The notes under the pieces are model-generated. The model ran no database searches and was not told where the DNA came from. It was given only the letters and a program-made list of their open reading frames with translations. Source: Macrostomum lignano (lineage: Eukaryota). Taken from it: DNA of 34,894 bases. Shown here piece after piece: positions 19,194 through 30,733 of this stretch. Each line of letters opens with the position of its first letter. Within the stretch, counting starts at the first letter, position 1. The stretch is taken from positions 1-34,894 of the forward strand of contig NIVC01004797.1 of the NCBI GenBank assembly GCA_002269645.1, in the 5' to 3' direction. The position numbers and the translations under genes were made by a program.

Positions 19194-21300
19194 TGCAGAA
19201 TCGTTCGTTAAATTCACTGTACGCACATTTTTTAGCTATTGACATGAAACTTTCCGAAAATGAATATTTTCATTATGCTAACATTTTAGAAGTGTTTCAG
19301 AAGTGCCATATTTGTTAGTTCAAGGGCTGGGCGGTCTCTTGAGGTTGCACAATCCATGTTGGGGCAGGTCTTGAGCCAGCCATTTTTAATTTTAAGTGGA
19401 AAGCATCTAATTCGCAGTATTTACCACAGAATATACACAGAATGGCGAATCGGCAGTTCTCTATGAAAGCGAAAATAAATGCGATTGCACTACTAACGTT
19501 GTGAAGCTGATAAGTAGCTGCGATTTTTTAAACGCAAAGTTGAATGTAAAAGTTGAGCTCAAGACAGCCTTTGAAAGCTCTGAATCATCGTTTTGACGCT
19601 GCAGATGAATGCTGCGCCATCATTGTAATTAATTTGTTCATAACGGTGCGTCCGCAAAGTCATGAGCAGAAGTAACAACTGTTATAACCTCATTGCCATG
19701 TACATGTAAGCTAAAAAACAAAAGTAACAAACATTTAACAACAGGTTAAGTTTTAGCGCTGCACGCAAGGCAGGAAATGCCAGACGCAACAGAAATAACA
19801 AATCTCATGCAATCACACTCATATTCTTGAACTTCCTCGATTGCTCATTGCAAAATGCTCGCCCGCGCTTTCTCTCCTGAGCCGCAATCCTGCGCCCATT
19901 GCACCAATGGTGCAAGCGCAGCTTCGAGAACAGCCTCGCAATGCCCATCACGCATCTCTCTGAGTGCTCAGCGCAATGAGTCGCAATATGTTGCAATCGG
20001 CCAATAATTTGCTGATTCTGTGTGACACACCAGCATGCATGAACTCTGTCACTTCCAGCAATTTGAATTGGCGTTCCATCTCAGTGACAGCTCTGATAAC
20101 TGCTCTGCTTGGGGTGACTAAGCTGTCATCCCGCTTGCACTTCAGTCGCAGGAAGCGTGTCCGAATTGCTTTCCTTTCAGTTCCTGCTGGAACACCTCAC
20201 ACTTGCACTCGGTTTTAATGAAGCGGAACAGCAACCAACCGCCGACATATGCGCATTTCTCGTGATCTAAGTCATCCGATGTAGCAAAGAGCTCATCACC
20301 TGCTTCCGTGAGATCTGAGTCACAAGTGTTGCCCTGCAGGTGGACTGGATCTGGAGCTTCTTGGCTCACTGCAGCCTTGGATGCTCTCTGGCTGCTGAAA
20401 ACCGGTGAAATCTAGTGCCCGGCGGACACTTGCCGGCGTAGTTGGGGCATCCGTACGCAGCGCACTGAAGCCTCAAAGCAGACGCAGTCATGCGAAAACA
20501 GTATCACAATAAGCTGCGTATTAAAACTCTAGCAGATATGCCTTCGGTATTACATGTAGCACTTTTGAAGCCAGACCTAGCTTCAGCAGCACCAGCTTGG
20601 GCCATAGAGAATGCAATATAGCAAAGACAGGCTAGCGCGATCAATAATGCATTTGACCTGCATGCTTTCACGCCACGAGCTCGTGCTTGAACGCCCAAGG
20701 CATGCTGTCTATGGCACTAACTTAAAGCGCAGCAGAAGGCAGGGCCAGCCTTAAGGTAGTTTCTAAAAATAGCACAGTTTAGAAGGGGGTGGGTTGGTTC
20801 ATCAAGCCTTCTTCCTATATTCTGTGGGACAAACCCGCAATAAATGGCAAAGAATTGGTAAAGTGCCATTCAGCCTACTTAGTTTCTCTTCACAACAAGA
20901 GTAGCCAGTATAGAATATCATTCTTGTGCAAGAAATTTTCTCAAAATGCGGGATTCGCCATTCTGTGTATATTCTGTGGTATTTGCAGCTTAGCAGTGCC
21001 CCTATCCTTAAAGCCCCAGAGTTTGTAGCTAATTTTGGTCATAGACACATTTTTTACCAGTGACATCAGCAGCGCACAAATTCAAAATTGCATAATCGTT
21101 AATAGTCGTTTAAATTCGGAAAAACACGGAAAACCCCGGAAATTGCAATAAAAGTTAAGTTGCAACCCCCCACAAATGGAATTTTAATGTCAAAACACTT
21201 CTAAAATGTTGGCATGATAAAAATATAATTCATTTTTGGAAATTTTCGTGTCAATAGCTAAAAAAATGTGCGTACAGTGAATTTAACGAACGATTCTGCA
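19194..21300 (-). mobile_element. Internally deleted P-element/THAP-family transposon
   Basis: Inverted repeats of about 105 bp (19194-19297 and 21193-21300), a perfect 30-bp inner inverted repeat (19422-19451 and 20952-20981), and THAP and transposase C-terminal remnants inside. No TSD found. Confidence 0.75.
19805..20491 (-). pseudogene. P/THAP9-like transposase remnant: THAP start joined to the C-terminal domain
   Basis: ATG at 20491 gives ...QCAAYGCPNYAGKCPPGTRFHRF (THAP N-half). Shifted frames then give AYVGGWLL, KRDDSLVTPSRAV...EMERQF and IARLFSKLRLHHW...SRK, which are C-terminal motifs of P-type transposases. The catalytic core is absent. Confidence 0.75.
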
Positions 21301-21542
21301 CGATAGCCAGTTTTTTATTCGAACTGCAGAAATTAGTCATAATTTCAGCGTCTGATCTAATTTAAATAAATCAATGCCAATCAATAGGCAATATTTACTA
21401 TGCTTTTAGTGGGGTAGTTTTAAATTGCTCAAAAATTGTAGAAAAGCTTTTAAATGTATCATGAGCTAGTTTTTTATACAAACAATATCTTTTATACAAT
21501 AACGAGTTTATTAGACTATTTATTCTATTTGTTTATTGTTTA

Positions 21543-21942
21543 TTAGCTAATCAAATGGTTGCTGCCGTCAATGCTAACACGCATCTTCTTTGTTGAACAG
21601 GCCTCGGCCTCGATGTGAACTGGCCGAGAAACCGGCTCATCAATTGATAGTCGGGTGGCATTGCAACTGGTGATCGTCATCACTTGCGTGCAGGCAGTAG
21701 AAAAACTGATAAAGTTGCTCGCATTAGCAGAGAAAGACGCCTCATCATTGGAAGGCATTGTGCTTATACTTGGAATGTGCCGGGTTAGGGAACAGTTCAC
21801 TTCCTTGGAACTCCTGAACAGACTGCGGTCCTGGCGCCTAGTTAAATACCTTTTGACCGTCTTCTCGCATTTCTGGCCGGTAATAAGCATTATGTCTTGT
21901 AGCGAATGGCCAGCGGCCTCTAGGTCGCACACTCTAGTGACT
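21543..21942 (-). pseudogene. Crypton-type (DUF3504-like) tyrosine recombinase, C-terminal exon
   Basis: (R)VTRVCDLEAAGHSLQDIMLITGQKCEKTVKRY matches RATxxTxLxxAGxxxxxIMxxTGHKxxxSVxxY with the catalytic Tyr; CAG acceptor just upstream, splitting the Arg codon; TGH changed to TGQ. Confidence 0.75.
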
Positions 21943-22018
21943 CTGTGGGAGAATTAAAGGAAAGTAATTTGATGTGAACTAGTTGGAACTATTTATACAC
22001 TATATCGGAAAACGAAGT

Positions 22019-22832
22019 TTACTTACAGTACCTAATACAGTGATTAGTGTTAGGTTGAGCATTGTTGTGCAACAGAAGGTGAGGCTTCATCGCAGTCCTG
22101 CGCTTGTTGCGAATGTCAGATTTCAGCTTGGTCAGTGTCTCAGCGTAGCGATCCGAGTTAATCGTGCTGTTCGGCTCGAGAAAGTCGATGGTCAGCGGAT
22201 CTTCTTGATCGAAGAAGAAGGTCAGCATGATCTTCTTGCAGTACTGGTCTCGTTTTGCCTTCACAGATGAATCTGAACCCTTCAACGCCCATACCTTGCT
22301 CTCCTGCTTTGTCTCCGGGTCAAAGTGCGGAATCCAGGTCTCGTCGCTGGTCACCACATACGGTCGGAAACTCTCCCACCCACCGGCATCCTGAGCCAGC
22401 TCAAGATTCTCCCTGCAGGACTTCATTCTTGCAGCTTTCATTTCTTTCATCAACAAACGGGGCACCAATCTTGCCGATAGCTTCACCATGCCAAGATTCT
22501 CCGCCAAAATTCGGTAAATTGACGTTTTTGGGCTCCCCAGCCCATTTGCCATCTTTTTTGCGGTGGAACGGGGATTTTCTTGAATGAAATCCTTTTTCAA
22601 CTAGGGCCTTAGTTGATGAGGAAATGGGACAGCCACGGCTGGCTGTGTCATCAGCAACGTCCGTTCACCCTTGGCTGAACTCTTCGATCCACCGGTAGAC
22701 TGCACTCTTCGAAATCGCGCCTGCTCCGTGGATGTCAGTGAGCTTGCTGACAATTTTGCTGCCTCGCTTCCCAAATCTCCACTGGGAATACACAAACTGG
22801 CGTTGACCTTCTTTAGATGAAACGCTAAACAT
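22019..22832 (-). pseudogene. Mariner (Tc1/mariner, Mos1-like) transposase pseudogene, 3'-truncated
   Basis: ATG at 22832, HTH region ...ISKSAVYRWIEEFSQG*TDV (stop, then frameshift), ENPRST, ARLVPRLL (WVPHEL-like), VTSDETW, KKIMLTFFFD, LLHNNAQP (second catalytic D changed to N); the third Asp/YSPDL region is missing. Confidence 0.92.
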
Positions 22833-23470
22833 TTAACAATTGAACGAGGGAGAACAGAAAAGATGAAATCAACAATGCTGTCTTGTCGTGATCGAAGATC
22901 AGTACCGTGATTTCAAATGCTTCTTGCAGCTTTACGCCGGTGCCACTGATGTTTTTTGTGCTGTTCTGCTTCTGCATTTGTTTTAGATTAGCTTCTGCTT
23001 TTTCGAGGGCTTATGTGTGCTTTTGTTTCTCTTCAGCTTCTTCGTTTGCTTTTGTTTTCGGATCGATGGTTCTGACTAAAGATCAAAAATTTAGTCTATG
23101 GTCTAGCATAGTAGGCTCGACTTGGTGTAACTCTATTCACTACCCCTTGTTCTAATTATAGACAAAACTTTTGAATGAGTTGACATTTTTACCCAATTTA
23201 AATAAGCAAAACAACCGTTGAATATTTTTAAATAATACAGGGACAACTAAAACCCTCGGGACGCGAAACGAGCCAATTCATGGCAAAAAATCTGAGGGGC
23301 TCGCTTAAAAGTATTGTTCTATGGCTTTTTAAAGTCTTCTCTGCTATCAGGCATTAACGGTTAGATTAAATAGTAAAGCGAGGCAATGTCGAGTATTTAA
23401 TTTAAAGAATAGGAACCAGTGATATAATTACAATGTAATTTACAATAAAGTAACCGCCATATCAACAAAA

Positions 23471-23635
23471 AACTCCAACGGCAAGAAGATAAAAGATGAA
23501 AGCAAAGATATAACTCCAACGGCAAGAAGATAAAGGATGAAAGCGAAGATGAAACTCCAACGGCAAGAAGATAAAGGATGAAAGCGAAGATGAAACTCCA
23601 ACGGCAAGAAAATAGAAGCAAATACGGAACTCCAA
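23471..23635. repeat. 41-bp tandem repeat AACTCCAACGGCAAGAAGATAAAGGATGAAAGCGAAGATGA, 3 full copies plus partials, at the P element 3' end
   Basis: Units at 23471, 23512, 23553, 23594. Confidence 0.9.
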
Positions 23636-23724
23636 GGACAAGACGACACAAACAGTCAGTAGCTCGTACATAAAGGAAACGCTGGAACTTCACCTACTGA
23701 GCATTTAACTTCCGAAGCTTTCTA

Positions 23725-26530
23725 TCATGGGATGTCGTCGGTATTGGTGGGAGTTTTGACGAGCGTCTTACTAGTCCTTTGAAAAAAACGTTGGCTAGCC
23801 GACGGGACACTGTCCATGCTGAACTGTGTGTTAGTTGGAAAGTAAAAGTCCTTAATAACATAAAACAGCTTCTGCACGCGAGTTGCGCACGTAGGAGAGT
23901 GCAGAATAAAACTGCTGTAGCAGAGACAGGATAAGTCTAACAGCCATTGTGGAGGATGACAAAGCTTTCCGCGAGATAACTCTTCAGTGAATTCGCTGGC
24001 TGGAATGCTCGTCTCTGATATCAAATCTGTTCCTTTGATGCCTGCCTTCTTTAGTCGCTGTATAACCTGTCAATTTCCAATTAAGCACGGTTTGAATTGT
24101 TTTGATGAGATTGTGTAAAACCTCGTTGTGAATTAAATTTTAATTAATATCCAGCTTACCTGCGATATAGTGTAGAGCGAAGCCATCTCCGAAATGGAAA
24201 GCTCCTCTGATTTAGCAGCACAATTATCAATGGTCGCCAGTTCAATTTCATTCAGCTGTTCATTGCAACATTTGCTCCGATCGTGCTTGTAGTCTGCTAA
24301 TTCAAGGGATGTCAATAATTTCATTCGTCGGAGTCGAGCACTGAGCAGCACTTGCTCCACAGATACATAGTAGTTGCCGCCGCTCATTTGGCGATATACG
24401 CCAGCCAGCCAGCAGAACGTAGCTGATTCGTGGGTCGGACAAAAGAACCTCACACATCTCACAGGCTCCGCGCAGTGAGTTTACTAGCGCTGACTTGGTC
24501 TCGGGCGTCAATGAATGATGGCGAGCTCGGCCTTTTCCACAATGTGTCGAATCAAACGAATCCGCGAGCGCGCTAAGAAATTGTATGCTTTCATCTTGAA
24601 CGGAATAGACTGGTCGCCTGTCCGGATCCCGTAGTCGTGCGTGTAGATCAGGATTTTTACAATTGACAATTTTCCAGAATCTCACTATGGTTTTGATAAA
24701 TTCCGCAGTGTCTGAGTATCCATCACACTTCAATGCAGCGGCAACCCTTTCATCGAGAACTTGGAGAGCGAGACTGACTTTAGTTTTCTGAGTGCTTGTG
24801 GGATAACAGGCCTCATGAGTTAGACATGTGCGCTTGACTACGTGGTCTTTCTCCATTTGGTACAGGCGTACCACGTCTGACCATTTAGCGGATATCTGTC
24901 TGTCAGCGCCAGGAGGTTGAATGCTTAGAATTCCATTCGCTTCCATTTGCCAATTGTTGCGAATGCATTTGATAATGTGAACGAAATCGAACAGCATGAA
25001 GAATTCCGACTCCTGTGCAGCATCCGTTCCAATCCATGGCTTCTCTCTTCCATCGCTAAATAAAGCAAAACACTTGCGGTTGGTCGGGTGATTGTCGCTG
25101 ACGAGAGCAACGACACGGCCACCGTTGTTGTTAATTGCTTTAATACATTGGCTGACGCATTTTCGCAGAAACTCCGCAGACAAAATGTATGTCGGCAATA
25201 GTCGGACTACAAACGGTTTTCCACCAAGTAATGGCTTTACCATTATGGCCAAAATTGTCCTAGCAACCTGGTCCGGATCGTCGACGGCTCGACCCAGGTG
25301 ACGGCATCGATATCGAACGGACGGTTGTATGTACATTTCGTCAAACATATTACGCAGTTTCGCTGAGCTCCTGATAGACTAGCAAAAACTGACTGGATCA
25401 CATCGGCTGCGTCGGTTTCTGTGCCAACTTCTCCTGTACCTGCTAGTTGCAGCTGCAGCGTTCGGGGATGAGGCAATGGCAATAGCTTCCGTAGGTAAGA
25501 GTAAGCCGAACTACTGATCAAGTAGAGCAATGCTGACTGTCGCACTAGTGAAATGTCATAGCGGCGATTGTTCCGATTTACTAATTTAAGGCTAAGTTGT
25601 CGAATCAAAAACTGAAGCGACCGATCCAAATCAGAGTCAGAATCTATATCATCACTGATTCTACTAACAAACGCTTCGACTTCACGTTGGGGATTGGCGT
25701 CGGAATTTTTGCACCGCACGACAACAGCATCCAGTTGCGACCAGCGTCGGTTGAAATCCCAACAAGTCTCGAACCGAAATCGGTGTATGCAGTTTGAATG
25801 CACGAATCAGAAAGTTAGGTGAGACAAAAATTCGAACAGACAGGTCTCCATCTTTATCTAACGTAAACAAGTAAATGTCTTCGTTCAGAATAGCTGTATT
25901 CAGTGCATGTCGAGATACGATATCCGAATTTTTCACCTCAGCTCGAAAACTTTCCCATGCCGGCAAAAAATCAAGCAGCTGAAAAGCGTCCATCTCATCG
26001 ATGTCGCTGCACCTCGCGTCAGAAAGAACACCGCGCTTTTCGGCCTGTCGGTCTTGGTCTAAAATAAGAGTAAAAATAAAAGTAAGATAATTGTGAGCGG
26101 CAAAATCGATATAGACGCTAAGTGTTGAGCAATCTTTAAGTTACGTACCTTGGTTCTGAACAAAACACGAGCTAGGAACTCCATTAAAAACAGAAGGAGG
26201 ATTAATTGGCCTTTTGGTAGAGTTTTTCTTGAACATTGGAGCATCGCTTGGCCAATGCTTTACGCACACGCCCATATTGTCAGTCACTCTCTAAAATAAT
26301 AAATTTTGGGTTTCAAGTTGTTTGGACGAGACTGGCATGCAGAATTGAAGCGGAATTATGCAGCAGTAATGACAGCAAATGATCTGGTTTCTTACCTGGA
26401 GAATATTTGGCAGCGCCTTTCTCCATCGCTCTCGCTCCTGTGGATCTCTGGGAAACGCAAATGTCCGTGTTCGAACGGCTTCAGAGTTGTAATTTGACGA
26501 GCACGGAAATACGCTGCACTTTCTTGGCAT
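23725..26530 (-). pseudogene. Spliced THAP-domain P-element transposase pseudogene
   Basis: Exon 26530-26396 (MPRKCSVFPC...FAFP...RERW), exon 26290-26149 (GVCVKHW...PPSVF), exon from 26058, then SAYSYLRKLLPLPHPRTL, FDEMY, VSDNH, FDFVHIIKCIRNNW, KVSLALQV, YRQMSGGNY, a further intron near 24160-24070, and SEFTEELSRGKL. At least five frame disruptions. Confidence 0.92.
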
Positions 26531-27008
26531 TTCATCAAGTGAATAAAAAATGCTTCTCTTGATATAGTTCAGCTTAGCTTCACTGCTGGCCGCAGCTAAA
26601 GCAATTTTAATTTGCCTGATTGCAGAGAAGACTTGAAAAAGCCATAGAACAATACTTTTAAGCGAGCCCCTCAGATTTTTTGCCATGAATTGGCTCGTTT
26701 CGCGTCCCGAGGGTTTTAGTTGTCCCTGAAATAATACTAATGACGCAAGTTGCATAAAATTCGAATACTACAGTCAGCCTCTGTACTGGTTTTTTCTGTT
26801 ATTTCTGGGACAATCCTCGTAAATACGTCGTATTCAAAACATAAAAGATAATAGCGATTCTTGTGATGGAAAGCTATGTAATATGGGCAGAGAAACTCTT
26901 AAAAGGATTTGAGAGTTGTAAAAATGGATAAACCTGTACATATATGACATCGCATAGTCGATCGTCCCGTAGTGCTTATTATAAAAAGGCGCATTTGAAT
27001 AGTGAAAA

Positions 27009-27290
27009 CTACCTGCCCCGAAGCTTCATAAATTTTCTTTCACTAGCGTCTTTTGCTGCTAACTTTGATGCTCGTGAAATAAGTCCTTTGAGAAAGCAGT
27101 TTGTAAGTAGCCTGGTGGTAACATTTCGCGTGACGATTTCTGATGGAAAAAAAAGAATTTGGCAATGGAATCAAAAAGGATCTGCACTCGCGATGCACAT
27201 GATGGAAAACATAGGCTGTTGAAGCACTCAACAAAGTGTAGAGAAGTAAAACAATCAGTCTTGAGGATGCAGTTTCCGACGCTACACTTC
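27009..27290 (-). pseudogene. C-terminal fragment of a further, diverged P-type transposase
   Basis: Broken frames RRKLHPQD*LFYFSTLC, SCASRVQILFDSIAKFFF and RLLTNCFLKGL...ERKFMKL align with SRGKLCHPPQWLLDLSCLC, TCATRVQKLFYVIKDFYF and RRLANVFFKGL in the neighbouring P element. Confidence 0.7.
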
Positions 27291-27605
27291 CTTGACTGGC
27301 ACAAAATTTTTCGGTCTTTGGTGTTTCGGTCTGCTTATAAGTTATAGTCACGGCTCGAATATGTCACATGAGCACGTAGATAGCTATAGCTGGGAACTAA
27401 GGCGCTTGTAGCAAAAAAATCGAATGCTACAAGCATGAGCCAAAATGCAGCCATAGACACTTAAACCCCAGTGTGGCTCAGTACAGTGTCTATGGTATGT
27501 AACGCATTTTACGCACGCATATGTAACGCAATAGCCGGGCCAGGAAATAATTCACGGCGAAAAATAAAAAACAAGAGAAGAAAAATACCAAAGTTAAAAA
27601 GCACC

Positions 27606-27964
27606 TCCAGGACAAACAGCTTCAATAGAAAGTTCTTCACCTCACTTTTTGACATTTCGTCCACGTCGGTTAAAACCAGTAAAGCTGGACCACCGCCTGT
27701 GGTCCAGAAATGCTTTTTCTCGTCGTGCCATTCTCGTAAGATTTGAATTGCCCATTCTGCCTTCCTTGTTGTCGAGGGCGAGCTCTCCTCAATCTCTCGC
27801 TGAAATTCCGCTTCTGTCAGTGTCTGGAATCGTCCCTTATTTTCACTGGAGCGCGCCAACTGCGACTCATTTTCTGTTTGTATCAGAAAGTCCAGTAGAT
27901 CCGGAGAAATCTCCCTATCTGGGGTCTCAAAATCGCCAGGATCGGAAGGTAAACCGTCTTCCAT
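27606..27964 (-). pseudogene. Crypton-type tyrosine recombinase, N-terminal exon
   Basis: RFQTLTEAEFQREIEESSPSTTRKAEWAIQILREW...MSKSEVKNFLLKLFVLE matches the RFxxL...TxxKTxWAxxxFxxW...LxxFxxEVR N-terminus of Crypton/KCTD1-like proteins; followed by AT-rich, intron-like sequence. Confidence 0.7.
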
Positions 27965-28017
27965 GTCGAATTTGACTTGCCAGAAAGTACGATTGCGAAT
28001 TGATTAGCACTCCCACA

Positions 28018-28084
28018 ATAACACTCCCCAGATTTGCTGTTTATGGCGTGTTGTAAAGAAACAAATCTGGGGGGGGGGTGTTAT
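28018..28084. repeat. Imperfect inverted repeat (ATAACACTCCCCAGATTTG / CAAATCTGGGGGGGGGGTGTTAT) with a 25-bp spacer
   Basis: Directly visible, about 55-120 bp upstream of the Crypton N-terminal ATG. Confidence 0.7.
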
Positions 28085-28680
28085 CTCATAATTACGCTAC
28101 AATAGACACATAATAGAAATGAATAGGCCTTCAAGTTTTTTTCTGAAGGATTTGAGGCGTTTCCCGTCCCCTTTTCTAGTTGTTCCTGAGTAAGGATCTA
28201 CAGACTATACTATACTGTTGTTACACAACATCTAAAAAGCATTTGAAATATTAAAAGTAATGAAAATTATATAAGTTTTTGTTTTACTATTTCAAAACCA
28301 TTTAGTTTCGCTTTACGAATTCCTTCATCCAAAAGGTTAACGTTGTTGCACAGTTGGCACCGGCATTGTTCTTTTTTATTGTCTAACTTTTGTTTAAGCA
28401 CACGGGGCGGTTTGCTCAGCCAAGAATTTTTTATTCAAAATCTGCATTCCGTAAAGTAGATTTCGCTTCTGCTTTTTTATTGCCCCACTGAGCAGTCTCT
28501 TTTCTTCCGGTAGTTGCCCGTGAGTTTTGGTCTTCACACAAAAAATCCGAAACAGCCATTCTGTGTATGATTCTATGGTATTAAAAAACGTTCACTCTTG
28601 GTTGTTTTTCCTTAGTGTCTTTTCGATTTCTTAAAATATATTTCAACCCTGCACCAATGATCCGTTAGACCTAAAGGAGA

Positions 28681-30480
28681 TTTTGCCATAGACAAAAGTA
28701 ATTCTGGACGCTTGACCAGCAAGTCTGCACACAGAATCAAATAAGAATGACATCTGCACGAGTGCATGATGTCCTTCACGCACGAGTGGACGTGAAGGAA
28801 CCCCACTGTCGGGTGAATCATCAAGCAGGAAACCGTGCAAGCAAAACCGTGCAGGAATGAATTTCTGCGCCAAATGCTTTTTTAGGCTTTTTTGACTGCC
28901 ATAGACAAAGTATTTTTCGTCTCGTTTTCATTTTCGTTCCCCTCTGAAAGGTCTGTCCCAGCATAGTATGAGCTCGCATCAAAATATATGCTTTCAGCCA
29001 ATAGGAAGGAACGGGGGGAAAGGGATGTTAAAAGCGAAAATCGAGTGAGATAAAAATAACTGGCTCAGATTAGCACTCCATTCTATTCTTTCCTCCATGG
29101 CTGTAATGCCACATTCCAGTTGCGAAGCATAGAGAAGCGCTCAACCAGATAGGCCTATATCTCCTCGAATTGGAAATTTGGTCTTGAAATATTCGTCGCA
29201 ACTTTTGGTCGAGTTAAATTCATTGTAGCGGTGTGCCGAAAAAGTTTTCAACAAACAAACGTACCTCTCTTTATTGCCCGAATGGGAACCGATGCAACCG
29301 AGTTGTAGACCGACAGTTGCAGTCAAAGATGCGCACTGTCGGCGCGAATCCGTCAGCATGTAGAGATACTTTGAGTGCAACACAGCGTAACGTAAAAAAT
29401 CTGAAAGTAAATGTTTAGATTCAGTCAGAGGCCTACAAAGTAAATTAAAAAAAACAAATCTGTCTAATTTCTTGGGCAGCTTTCTTATACTCAATGTGGA
29501 AGGGAATGGCAACTTCCTTAAAAATAGTCTATGGCACAGCTCTTAGAATTTTGACTAGAATTCCCCGCGGCGTTGGCTACATTGAAAAGGATATAGAAGA
29601 TGGATGTATGCTACTTAGCTCGTAGTTAACTTCACGCCAAGAGTAGGCTCCATACGTATCTTTTTTGTCCTGCGATTTTCATGCGGAGAGCACGAATGAG
29701 CATTGTGTGTGATATTCTGTGGTTAATACTAGACTTTCACTTGCCATCAGACGCAACTGAAATACAAACTAAATGACATTTGTCGCCGTCGGCTCGAATC
29801 TTCTAATTATTCCGATTTTCGTGCCCGAGGATCGTTGATAACGTCAACTGGGCTACTTGCCTCGGTATCTGCAACTTAAGAGTCGGCGTTAGTAGCCACC
29901 GTTAGTTGATTGCTCACAGCACAGATGGCTTGCTCTCGTTTCTTCCCTCATCGAATGCAGCGCTGGACGGATGCAACTCGCCACGCCTCATCTCTATAAA
30001 CCTTAAGTAGCTCTTCATGCCAACTGATAGCGGAGATTCAAAGACTGTGTCTAGCATAGGCATAAGCCTGGAAGTCTTTCATTTTGAAAAACTCGCTGTC
30101 AAAATAACCTTCGGCAGCTTCAGCAGCTTCGGCAGCTTGGGCAGCTTCGGTAGCGGCAATCAAATAGTCAGCGTCAATATCGACGTCTTCACAAAGATTG
30201 ACCGCAGCTGCAGCATGGTCACTTATATAACTTCACAATTTAACTGCTCCTTCAGAGCTGCCTGCCGCTCGGCTTCCTCGCAGGCCTCGATGAAGGCATT
30301 GGCATCTTCTTTGGTTTCGTAGTCGTTGTCCGTATCGCACCAAATTCAATTTAGTTTTTTAAAAGAAAAGTGCTCTGAAAGAGCTAAAAAAGAAACAGCA
30401 GCGATTATATCGTTGTCTTGGTTTCCTTTCTTCTCCTATATATGACTGGGCACCGCTGTTACTTTTCTGTCTATGGCAAA
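28681..30480. mobile_element. Possible non-autonomous element bounded by short GCCATAGAC inverted repeats, with a nested similar element at 28897-29536
   Basis: TTTTGCCATAGACAAAAGTAA (28681) vs the reverse complement TTTTGCCATAGACAGAAAAGTAA (ending 30480); TGCCATAGACAAAGTATTTTT (28897) vs TGCCATAGACTATTTTT (ending 29536). No TSD established. Confidence 0.45.
29730..30345 (-). pseudogene. Decayed orphan ORF (acidic, Ala-rich), family not recognised
   Basis: Long frame ...SDHAAAAVNLCEDVDIDADYLIAATEAAQAAEAAEAAEGYFDSEFFKMKDFQAY... with scattered stops and one frameshift. Confidence 0.35.
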
Positions 30481-30733
30481 AAGACCCTTTTGCTTCACCA
30501 AGCAGAAGAAAGAAAAAAATTTTTAATTAGGGAAAAGTGCTAGGCATTGTACATATACACAAGAGTATTATAATGACACGCACCATTTTGTTATTGCTTA
30601 ACGCTGAAAATACATTTCGACCATCGAAAATTTATTTTCATATTATTTATTGAATAACAAGTGAACTTGAAAACATAAACAAGCAATAAACAAAAAACTC
30701 AGCGTGCCTGATTCGTAGAGAAACGGAACCTAC

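Larger units (their letters stand above)
23238..26728 (-). mobile_element. Full-length P-element superfamily transposon (3491 bp) with 116-bp TIRs and an 8-bp TSD (AAATAATA)
   Basis: TIRs at 23238-23353 and 26613-26728 begin CAGGG and differ at 2 positions; AAATAATA at 23230-23237 and 26729-26736; THAP-P transposase inside. Confidence 0.95.

Noticed and set aside
19186-21308. Target-site duplication for the 2.1-kb P-like derivative
   Set aside because: The flanks (CCATCC vs CGATAG) do not match at any boundary I tried.
23397-23693. Membrane-protein-like ORFs
   Set aside because: Antisense translations of the purine-rich 41-bp repeat.
29141-29512. 123-aa minus-strand ORF
   Set aside because: No recognisable motifs; its length is compatible with chance.
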